A program made the position numbers and the translations under genes. Positions 24,658 to 32,000 of a stretch of 32,000 nt of DNA are shown piece after piece. The number at the start of each line of letters is the position of its first letter. The first letter of the stretch is position 1. The stretch is from Trichlorobacter lovleyi SZ (GTDB lineage Bacteria; Desulfobacterota; Desulfuromonadia; Geobacterales; Pseudopelobacteraceae): positions 2,850,001 to 2,882,000 of the forward strand of contig NC_010814.1 of NCBI RefSeq assembly GCF_000020385.1. Reading direction: 5' to 3'. Below the pieces are notes generated by a model. That model had not been told where the DNA came from. It saw nothing but the letters and a program-made list of their open reading frames with translations, and made no database searches.

Positions 24658-25938
24658 ATGCGTATGCCGAACAATCGCCTCAAATTTGCCCGCAAGTTTC
24701 TGATTGGTGCCGTGATTATCATCAGTCTGGTCATCTGCGGAATTTTTCTGGCCTTTAACATGCGGGCCGAAGAGTTGACCGTCAGTATGATCCACCAACA
24801 GGCCAAGGCGTTGTTTCAACAGGTGATCCTGATCCGCCGCTGGGTCACCGGCTACGGTGGCGTCTATGTCGAGGTCAAGCCCGGCGTCAACCCCAACCCT
24901 TTCCTGACCAGCCTGCCCGGCCTCAAAGTCAATATTGTCGACAAGGACAACAACAAGCAGTACACCCTGCGCAACCCCGGCCTGGTAACCCGTGAAATGT
25001 CACAGCTTTCAACAGAGGCTGAAGGCTATTCGTTCCATGTCTCAAGCCTGAAACCGGTCAACGTCGAAACCAACTCCCCTGACGTCTTTGAACGCACATC
25101 GCTGCTCAGGTTTGAGCAGGGCGCCCGTGAGACATTTACGATCGAACAGCGTCCCGGCGGTCCGGTCTACCGTTATATGGCGCCGCTTGCCTACGAAACC
25201 ACCTGCAACCGCTGCCACAGTAACCAGGGCTACAAGGTCGGTGACATCCGCGGCGGCATCAGCGTCTCTATCCCGATGAAGGAAGTGGTTGCCAAGATGC
25301 GGATGAACCGTCTGCTGACTGCAGCCTCTGCGGTACTGGTACTGGGCCTGCTGCTGGGACTGCTGGCGGTTATCAACAACCGTTTCCTTAAGGAGTTACG
25401 TGAGGCGCAGGAAAAGCTGGTCGAAATGGCAACCATCGACTCGCTTACCGGCCTGCTGAACCGGAGAGCCGGTCTGGAACGGGTTGAAGAAGAACTTTCG
25501 CGCCATCAACGGTCTGAACGGGCGTTTGCCTGTCTGTTGCTGGATATCGACCGTTTCAAGAAAATCAACGACACCTATGGTCATCAGGCAGGTGATGCCG
25601 TGCTCAGCGAGTTTGGTGCAACACTCCGGAGGCATGTCAGAAAACATGACATAGTCTGTCGCTACGGGGGAGAGGAATTCCTGTTATTACTGCCGGACAC
25701 CTCACCTTCGGCTGCCCGGACAACAGCCGAAAAAATCAGGGCAGTTACGGCAGCAACACCAATCATGTTTGCCGGCAGACAGATAGCCGTTACCACCAGT
25801 ATCGGGATCAGTATGATGCAGGGGGATGAGACGGCAAAGGCCATGATAGCCCGCGCCGATGCGGCACTCTATGAGGCAAAAAACTCAGGCCGGAACCGGG
25901 TGGTCTGCGCAGAAGCAAATGAACTGCAGGCAGACTGA
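24658..25938 (+). CDS. Diguanylate cyclase with a periplasmic DUF3365/Tll0287-like haem-c sensor domain
   Basis: The start is ATG at 24658 or 24664 (MRMPNNRLKF...) ahead of TM1. The sensor region has LIRRWV..YGGVYV and a CNRCH (CXXCH) site. TM2 follows, then a GGDEF domain (DSLTGLLNRR, RYGGEEFLLLLP) with an RxxD I-site (RKHD) 5 residues upstream. The first 56 codons of the track ORF are unlikely to be coding. Confidence 0.85.
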   Translation: MRMPNNRLKFARKFLIGAVIIISLVICGIFLAFNMRAEELTVSMIHQQAKALFQQVILIRRWVTGYGGVYVEVKPGVNPNPFLTSLPGLKVNIVDKDNNKQYTLRNPGLVTREMSQLSTEAEGYSFHVSSLKPVNVETNSPDVFERTSLLRFEQGARETFTIEQRPGGPVYRYMAPLAYETTCNRCHSNQGYKVGDIRGGISVSIPMKEVVAKMRMNRLLTAASAVLVLGLLLGLLAVINNRFLKELREAQEKLVEMATIDSLTGLLNRRAGLERVEEELSRHQRSERAFACLLLDIDRFKKINDTYGHQAGDAVLSEFGATLRRHVRKHDIVCRYGGEEFLLLLPDTSPSAARTTAEKIRAVTAATPIMFAGRQIAVTTSIGISMMQGDETAKAMIARADAALYEAKNSGRNRVVCAEANELQAD

Positions 25939-25939
25939 T

Positions 25940-27604
25940 CTAAGCCCCGGATGATTGCTCGATCATTTCTGTGGCATGTTGTAATGCTGCGTCGCTGATC
26001 TGTTCCCCGGCCAGCATCCGTGCAACCTCCTGCACCCGTCCCGGTCCGTCAAGCAGGGTTACCAGGGTGTTGGTCCGGCCGTTATCAATCCGCTTTTCTA
26101 CACGGATATGCTGTGTAGCCCAGGCAGCCACCTGCGGCAGATGGGTCACACAGAAGACCTGCTGAGACGCTGCCGCATTTTTCAGTTTTCTTCCCAGCAC
26201 ACCGGCAACCGCCCCTCCAATACCGGTATCCACCTCATCAAAGACCAGTGTTGGTGCTTCACCTTCCGGCAGCACCTGTTTGAAGGCCAGCATCAGCCGT
26301 GACAGCTCACCGCCGGAGGCTACTTTAGCCAGTGGACGCGCCTCTTCACCGGGGTTGGGGGTAAACAGGAACTCCACCTTCTCAAAACCGTTGGCCCGGG
26401 GTTCGACAAGCGGTTCAAAGGCGACCTGCACCACGGCATGCTGCATGGCCAGCTGCCGTATCTCATTTCCCAGCTGTTGTTCAAGCCGCGCTGCTGCAGC
26501 GCGGCGGTTGCTGCCCAGTTCAGCCCCAAGTCGGTCCAGCAGACTGCGCTGGGCCGCCAGCTCCTGTTCCAGCTCGCCCCGGGAACGGCTGCGCCCCCGC
26601 AGCTCCTCCAGCTCCGCCTCCAGGGCAACTCCCAAGGCGATGATCGCATCAATATCGGGGGCATATTTACGTTTCAGGCGCACCAGCAGATCAAGACGAT
26701 CCTCAACCGCCTTGAGCTGCTCCGGATCAGCCTCAATCCGCGAGGCATAATCACGTAGCTGCAGGGCAGCATCCTCCAGCTGCAGATACCCTTCATCCAG
26801 CAGGTTGTGTAGAGGGGTCAGGGCCGTATCGATGGCTGCAGCGTCACGCAGGGCAGCCACCACCCGTTTCAGCTCACCCAGCAGGGATTGATCCCCCCCG
26901 TACAGCGCCTCATAGGCCCCGCCCGTACTACAGGACAGCCGCTCTGCATTGGCCAGCAGACGCTGCTGTTCCACCAACTGCTGCTCCTCGCCGGGCTGTA
27001 GCCGGGCAGCAGCAATTTCATCGGCTTGAAAGGCCACCAGATCCAAGCGGTGTGCTGCATCACGTTCCTGTTCATCAAAGTGCGCCAGACGATCACCAAG
27101 TTGCCGCCAGCGATCAAAAGCCGCACCGAAACGCTGACGCAACTCAACGGCCCCGGCAAAGGCATCCAGCAGGATCAGGTGGTAGTCAGGGCGTAACAAC
27201 GCCTGCGACTCGTGCTGTCCATGGATGGTAACCAGTTGACGTCCAATATCTGTTAACTGTCCAAGGGTTGCCAGCGAACCGTTCAGATAGACCCGATTTC
27301 GCCCTGAGCGGCTGAGAGTACGCTTGATCAACAGCTCTTCGCCCGCTTCAAGCCCCGCCTCCTGCAGCCGTTCCCGCAGAACCGGCAGGCCTGACAGATC
27401 AAAAAGCGCTTCAACAGTTGCCTCGTCTTCGCCGGTACGGATCAGATCGGCCGAGGCCCTGCCACCGCAGACCAGGGTCAGGGCATCAATAATGATTGAC
27501 TTGCCGGCGCCGGTCTCGCCGGTCAGCAGATTCAGGCCCGGCCCGAAAGAAAGCTGCAGATGATCGATAATGGCGACATTGCGGATGGAGAGTTCGGTCA
27601 GCAT
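25940..27604 (-). CDS. recN: DNA repair protein RecN
   Basis: 554 aa. It has the Walker A motif LTGETGAGKSIIIDAL, a long coiled coil, the ABC signature ASGGELSRLMLA and the Walker B motif LVFDEVDTGIGG. Confidence 0.95.
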   Translation of the reverse strand: MLTELSIRNVAIIDHLQLSFGPGLNLLTGETGAGKSIIIDALTLVCGGRASADLIRTGEDEATVEALFDLSGLPVLRERLQEAGLEAGEELLIKRTLSRSGRNRVYLNGSLATLGQLTDIGRQLVTIHGQHESQALLRPDYHLILLDAFAGAVELRQRFGAAFDRWRQLGDRLAHFDEQERDAAHRLDLVAFQADEIAAARLQPGEEQQLVEQQRLLANAERLSCSTGGAYEALYGGDQSLLGELKRVVAALRDAAAIDTALTPLHNLLDEGYLQLEDAALQLRDYASRIEADPEQLKAVEDRLDLLVRLKRKYAPDIDAIIALGVALEAELEELRGRSRSRGELEQELAAQRSLLDRLGAELGSNRRAAAARLEQQLGNEIRQLAMQHAVVQVAFEPLVEPRANGFEKVEFLFTPNPGEEARPLAKVASGGELSRLMLAFKQVLPEGEAPTLVFDEVDTGIGGAVAGVLGRKLKNAAASQQVFCVTHLPQVAAWATQHIRVEKRIDNGRTNTLVTLLDGPGRVQEVARMLAGEQISDAALQHATEMIEQSSGA

Positions 27605-27610
27605 GGCAGG

Positions 27611-28468
27611 TTATCGCTCGCCCCACTTCAGTTTGGCACGCAGGATGGCAAAATAATCTTTCTCAGGTGAGGTCACCAGGGCGGTAGTTGTTTCTGCGCG
27701 ACTGACCTCAATGCAATCGCCCTCCTGCAGCTCAACACCCACCTGGCCATCCAGGGTCAGGTAGACCATCTCATCGAAGGATGATTTGACCGTAATCCTG
27801 ATCACCGACTGGTATGAAAGGACTATTGGCCGGTTGGTCAGGGTATGGGGGCAGATCGGCGTAATCAGTACGCATTTCATCAGCGGCTGGACAATCGGCC
27901 CTCCGGCGGAAAGGGAATAGCCGGTGGAACCGGTCGGGGTGGAGATAATCAAACCATCAGCCTTGAAATTGGTAAGAAAATCATCGTTGACCCTGGCTTC
28001 AAGCTCAATAATCCGGGCCAGCGCCCCCTTGTTGATCACCGCATCATTCAGCACCTGGCAGTGGGAAATTTCCTGATCGCCCCTGGTCACCGTCACATCA
28101 AGCATCATCCGCTCGGTAATCCGGTGACTATCGGCCAGGCACTGCTCAAGCACAGGATACAGCTGTTCAACGGTTATTTCAGTCAAGAAGCCCAGACTGC
28201 CCAGGTTGACACCCACAATCGGCACCTGACGGCTGCTGAACAGACGGGCAACCGAGATCAGGGTGCCATCGCCTCCCAGCACCACCACCAGCTCGGCCCG
28301 GTCGCGGATCTGTTTTTCCGTCAGCCCCCTGGCATAGCCGACATGCCGCGCCAGATGGGTGTCCACCAGCGGCAGACATTTGCGTTCTTCAAGCCAGGTA
28401 ACCAGCTCACTGGCTACTCCCTGACAGCGTGGATCATGCACTTTGGCAAATATAGCAACCTGTTTCAT
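27611..28468 (-). CDS. nadK: NAD(+) kinase
   Basis: 285 aa. Motifs present are VVLGGDGTLISVAR, GVNLG.LGFLT, NDAVI and STPTGSTGYSLSAGGPIV. The stop is 6 nt upstream of the recN start. Confidence 0.95.
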   Translation of the reverse strand: MKQVAIFAKVHDPRCQGVASELVTWLEERKCLPLVDTHLARHVGYARGLTEKQIRDRAELVVVLGGDGTLISVARLFSSRQVPIVGVNLGSLGFLTEITVEQLYPVLEQCLADSHRITERMMLDVTVTRGDQEISHCQVLNDAVINKGALARIIELEARVNDDFLTNFKADGLIISTPTGSTGYSLSAGGPIVQPLMKCVLITPICPHTLTNRPIVLSYQSVIRITVKSSFDEMVYLTLDGQVGVELQEGDCIEVSRAETTTALVTSPEKDYFAILRAKLKWGER

Positions 28469-28547
28469 GACGTTCCTGTATCACAGCTTGTACGGGTTGT
28501 CCACAAGCCGTCAACGGATCCTCCCCCTGTATCGCAGGTGATCCAAA

Positions 28548-28565
28548 GCAGCATGGCGATGCTGC
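28548..28565 (-). terminator. Possible terminator hairpin downstream of the hybrid kinase gene
   Basis: GCAGCAT-GGCG-ATGCTGC forms a 7-bp stem. On the minus strand it is followed by TTTGG, a weak U-tract. Confidence 0.3.
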
Positions 28566-28604
28566 CGGTTGAACTGCTGCCCGTTTGTTCTGGCAACGGC
28601 TGGA

Positions 28605-31088
28605 TCACCCGGCGGACGACACAGTAGTGCTGCTGACAGCCGTTACTCCATGCAACACTGCCCACAACTGATCCTGCCTGAATGGCTTGGAAAGGTAACC
28701 GTCAAATCCCGCTTCAAGCAGTTTTTTATCGGTACCTTTCAGTGCATCGGCAGTCAGGGCAATAATCGGCGTATGGACACCTGTTTTCGTTTCTTCAGCA
28801 CGGATCAGCTGCAACGCCTCACAACCACTACAGACCGGCATATGGATATCCATCAGGATAACATCTATGCCTCCTTGCCGCCATACAGCCACTGCCTCCT
28901 CTCCATTACCGGCCAGCTTGGTATGATAGCCCATATTCTGCAGCAGCAGAACGGCAGTCCGTTGATTGAGTAAATTATCCTCAACAATCAGGACCGTCTG
29001 AGACTTTGACGTAACAGGTGTCGGCCCGAAGACTGACGCAGCAGGTTCTGCCTCAACTACCTGTGTCGATAGACGGAAGGGCAGTTCAAGGTAAAACTGA
29101 CTGCCTTTTCCTTCTTCGCTCGTCGCGCTGATACGTCCTCCCATCAATTCTGCAAGCTGACGGCAGATCGTAAGCCCCAGACCGGTACCACCAAACCTGC
29201 GGGTAGTGCAAACGTCAGCCTGAATAAATGGATCAAACACCTTGCCCAGCACCTCTGGCGACATGCCGATACCGGTATCGCTGACCGTTATCTGCACAAT
29301 TGAATTGTCATCCTGCTTTTGTAGCAACCTTGCTTCAATGGAAATTGTACCCTCTTCGGTAAATTTGACTGCGTTACCAAGCAGATTCAGCAACACCTGC
29401 TTGACTCGCAACTGGTCGCCATATACTTCCAGAGGCAACTGCTCATCCAGCCTGGCCTCGACCTGCACCCCCTTCTCAAAGGCCCTGCTTGTCTGCATCA
29501 GGAGGACATCATTGATGCAGCGACGCAGCGAGAAGCGGCTTATTTCAAGCTCGATTTTTCCGGCTTCAATCTTTGAAAGGTCAAGGATATCGTTGATAAT
29601 GGCCAGCAGATCATCCGCAGAGGTTTCAATGGCACTCAGGTAATCTTTCTGCTCGTCAGTCAGCTCCGTAAAACGTAACAGTTGCAGCATGCCGATCACA
29701 CCATTCATCGGATTGCGGATTTCGTGGCTCATATTGGCCAGAAACTCACTTTTATTCTGGTTAGCCGCATCGGCAGCATTGCGGGCGGTAGTCAACAGCT
29801 CAAGGCTCTCATGCAATTTGTTCTGCAGATGTTGCATGGTAAGCATATCATTATCAATCTGCAGTGCCATATTTCTAAAAACATGCACCGAGGCAGCCAA
29901 CTCACCTATTTCATTATCAGATTCAACAGACGGAATTTCAATGGTCAGATCCTTGGATGCCAGGCGCCTGATGGCAGAAGTCAATTGCGACAAGGGATTG
30001 ATAATATGATAATGCACATAGAAAAATATCAGAGCAATCAAGGCAAAAGATGCCGAACTGCTTACAAGTTGCACAACAATCCTTTGTCTATGTTCCTTTC
30101 TATTGAGCTCTGCATACTGCTTGGTTGTCTTCACAAGAACAGTATTGAAAGCAGTTATATGGTCCAATGCCTGTACCCCCCGCTGTAAAAATTCAGGTTG
30201 CGGATAGGGATAAGGGCCACCGCTCAGCGCAGCGTTAAAAACGGCATTTCGGTAGGGTAAATAGCTCGTGTTATAGAAATCTTTCAACTCGCCGAGGGCC
30301 CTGGGAATTGGTGATGTCACCAGATTCCGTCCCAGCGTCTCAAGCCGCCTAAAGTGGCCTTGGGAGACAAACTGCAGTTGTTCAATTTTTTTGCGTTGAT
30401 CGACTGAGAGAGGTGCCCTGGACAGCATGGTGCCGGAAAGAATGGAAATCTCGGGGCCGGCACTATTGCGCAGGGAAAGTGTTGCCTGCTTTAATGATGA
30501 GTATCTGGCGATCATCCCGTCTTTGTCGCTGATGTCACCTGAAATGACCTGCAGAAGATATTCCACCTTCTCCATATAGTTGGTCATTGCCGTAAACCAC
30601 TGCAGTGCCAGTTGCGGGTTTCTGCCACTTTTGGGCACAAGCATTGCCAATGCCACCTGTTTGCGCAAAGCATCAATCGAAGTTTTCAGGCGTAGAATTT
30701 CAGCGGTCTGGTGGTTGACCCTGACTTTTAACTCAATCTCTTCCAGTCTGGCCAGCGCACGGGACAACGCAGCATCAGCATCTGAACGGCGGGCTGCAAT
30801 AAACTGCCTGTTTGCTTCCATACCTTTTACCGGACCGGCATCATTCAGAACAACATTGACGCGCCCCCGCTCAAACCCGAGATTGTTCACCACCGCATAC
30901 AGGTCATCACTGATATTATTCAGTAAATATACGTTGTTTGCCTGTTCATAGGCTTTATAGGAATGATAGAGGGCAGGTAGAGAAGATAAAAGCGACAAAA
31001 ACGCGACCACAGCGAGGGCCGTATACACTATTGTGGTCAGACGCAGTCTACGGCCTAGCGGTCTTGTGCCGTTCTGGTTTTTACTCAT
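28605..31088 (-). CDS. Hybrid sensor histidine kinase: TM, NIT-like extracytoplasmic sensor, TM, HAMP, HisKA, HATPase_c, REC
   Basis: 827 aa. The sensor region contains the ERG-type helix [19 protein letters not shown], reminiscent of NIT/PilJ-type four-helix sensors. HAMP reads [18 protein letters not shown]. The H-box is [15 protein letters not shown], the G-boxes are DTGIGM and GGTGLGL, and the receiver reads VLIVEDN...ILMDIHMP...IIALTADA. Confidence 0.85.
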   Translation of the reverse strand: MSKNQNGTRPLGRRLRLTTIVYTALAVVAFLSLLSSLPALYHSYKAYEQANNVYLLNNISDDLYAVVNNLGFERGRVNVVLNDAGPVKGMEANRQFIAARRSDADAALSRALARLEEIELKVRVNHQTAEILRLKTSIDALRKQVALAMLVPKSGRNPQLALQWFTAMTNYMEKVEYLLQVISGDISDKDGMIARYSSLKQATLSLRNSAGPEISILSGTMLSRAPLSVDQRKKIEQLQFVSQGHFRRLETLGRNLVTSPIPRALGELKDFYNTSYLPYRNAVFNAALSGGPYPYPQPEFLQRGVQALDHITAFNTVLVKTTKQYAELNRKEHRQRIVVQLVSSSASFALIALIFFYVHYHIINPLSQLTSAIRRLASKDLTIEIPSVESDNEIGELAASVHVFRNMALQIDNDMLTMQHLQNKLHESLELLTTARNAADAANQNKSEFLANMSHEIRNPMNGVIGMLQLLRFTELTDEQKDYLSAIETSADDLLAIINDILDLSKIEAGKIELEISRFSLRRCINDVLLMQTSRAFEKGVQVEARLDEQLPLEVYGDQLRVKQVLLNLLGNAVKFTEEGTISIEARLLQKQDDNSIVQITVSDTGIGMSPEVLGKVFDPFIQADVCTTRRFGGTGLGLTICRQLAELMGGRISATSEEGKGSQFYLELPFRLSTQVVEAEPAASVFGPTPVTSKSQTVLIVEDNLLNQRTAVLLLQNMGYHTKLAGNGEEAVAVWRQGGIDVILMDIHMPVCSGCEALQLIRAEETKTGVHTPIIALTADALKGTDKKLLEAGFDGYLSKPFRQDQLWAVLHGVTAVSSTTVSSAG

Positions 31089-31318
31089 GATTTAACCTCT
31101 GGTGAGCTATGCATGCCTGAAAACCAAACCTGTCGGTTATGTAATGAGCATATATGAACAGTAATGCTCCCGGTTTAAAAACTCCTGTATGACGCCCCGG
31201 AGGGGGATATGTATCATAACATCCGCCATGCAAATAACCTCCTCGTGCATTGTAATTTGGAAAAACTGAGCTAGGATAAAGCCATATGCCAGCCTCCAGG
31301 CAAGCCGGAGAAAATTTC

Positions 31319-32000
31319 ATGACAAACGAACGTATAACGAGAACTGTCATACACGCTAGAGCGGTCATGTTTTTTCTTCTGCCCCCCTGCCGCAGGCTGC
31401 GTCCTTGCTTAGTACTACTTTTACTGTCGTTCTTTCAACTGTTCTTCACTTCCACCAGCTGGTCGGCCGAACCACTCAGAATCTCAGTATCTAAAACACC
31501 GTTGTCGCTCCCTGTCTACGTTGCCGACAGCATGGGTTATTTCTCGTCTGAAGGCCTGCCGATCAAGATCAGCGAGGTTATCGGGGGGCATCGTACGCTC
31601 CATGAACTCCTGGCAGGCAACGCAGATCTTGCAACCTCATCTGACGCAGTGGTGATGTTTAACAGCTTTGAGTGCAGCGATTACGCGGTGATTGCCACGT
31701 TTGTCACCAGTGCTGACGATATCAAGATCATCACCCGCTCCGGCACAGGCATTACCCACCCCCTGCATTTGCAAGGAAAGCATGTCGGCACCGTAACCGG
31801 CGCAGCCAGCCACTATTATCTGGACATGCTGCTGTTACTGCATGGTGGCGACCCCAGATCAGTACAGCTGCATAACCTGCAACCCGAGGCAATGGCCAAT
31901 GCACTCAAGCATAAGCAGGTTGATGCCGTCGCAATCTGGGAACCATACCCCTTTACCATTCTCAAGTCCGTTCCTGGAACCAGAACGCTTCCAAAATCAA
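31319..32000 (+). CDS. Periplasmic substrate-binding protein, NMT1/SsuA/NrtA-like (3' end truncated by the window edge)
   Basis: This frame is absent from the ORF track because it never reaches a stop. It is open from the ATG at 31319 (GGAG 8 nt upstream; alternative ATG at 31367) to base 32000. It has a signal-like segment LVLLLLSFFQLFFTSTSWSA, then LRISVSKTPLSLPVYVADSMGYF...VDAVAIWEPYP, typical of this binding-protein family. It is divergent from the hybrid kinase. Confidence 0.7.
   Translation, partial: MTNERITRTVIHARAVMFFLLPPCRRLRPCLVLLLLSFFQLFFTSTSWSAEPLRISVSKTPLSLPVYVADSMGYFSSEGLPIKISEVIGGHRTLHELLAGNADLATSSDAVVMFNSFECSDYAVIATFVTSADDIKIITRSGTGITHPLHLQGKHVGTVTGAASHYYLDMLLLLHGGDPRSVQLHNLQPEAMANALKHKQVDAVAIWEPYPFTILKSVPGTRTLPKS

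Noticed and set aside
31081-31368. 95-aa minus-strand ORF spanning the kinase / binding-protein intergenic region
   Set aside because: It overlaps the start of the kinase and the start of the plus-strand binding-protein gene. It has no Shine-Dalgarno and no recognisable domain, and it lies in what is best read as a divergent promoter region.

Overview
This is a 32-kb chromosomal window of roughly 55-60% GC. Gene content looks like a Geobacter/Trichlorobacter-type Desulfuromonadales; that taxonomic call is inference only.

Backbone, left to right:
- Tail of a respiratory nitrate reductase operon (narJ-like 3' end, narI), then two NarK-type transporters and an orphan PAS protein.
- A convergent membrane protein combining cytochrome c, a CopD-like domain and a cytochrome b5-like domain.
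- DUF488.
- lipA plus an LplA-family ligase.
- A flavin reductase.
- cmoA-cmoB.
- A glycine-cleavage operon (small exported protein, gcvT, DUF3617, gcvH, gcvPA, gcvPB).
- A GAF/HD-GYP protein.
- DAHP synthase.
- A haem-c sensor GGDEF cyclase.
- recN and nadK.
- A NIT-like hybrid histidine kinase.
- The 5' part of an SsuA/NrtA-like binding protein.

Two clearly foreign low-GC insertions stand out:
- A 0.8-kb islet (5515-6311) holds one orphan ORF and tandem promoter repeats.
- A 5.6-kb mosaic island (about 8930-14587) holds a very AT-rich HhH-GPD DNA glycosylase, an intact IS1595-family element, an orphan exported protein with an internal duplication, and a lipoprotein with two histidine-phosphatase-like halves.

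The most unusual signal is the architecture of the larger island. Single genes are individually bracketed by short repeats: attC-like 35-38 bp hairpins around the glycosylase, and a 29-bp direct repeat with a G7 tract around the orphan gene. No integrase lies in the window. The IS sits exactly between the orphan gene's ribosome-binding region and its ATG.

A second candidate regulatory novelty is a pair of tandem terminator-like hairpins in the DAHP synthase leader. I saw no rRNA, tRNA or CRISPR array. I did not recognise a known defence system, and all functional calls rest on by-eye motif recognition, not searches.
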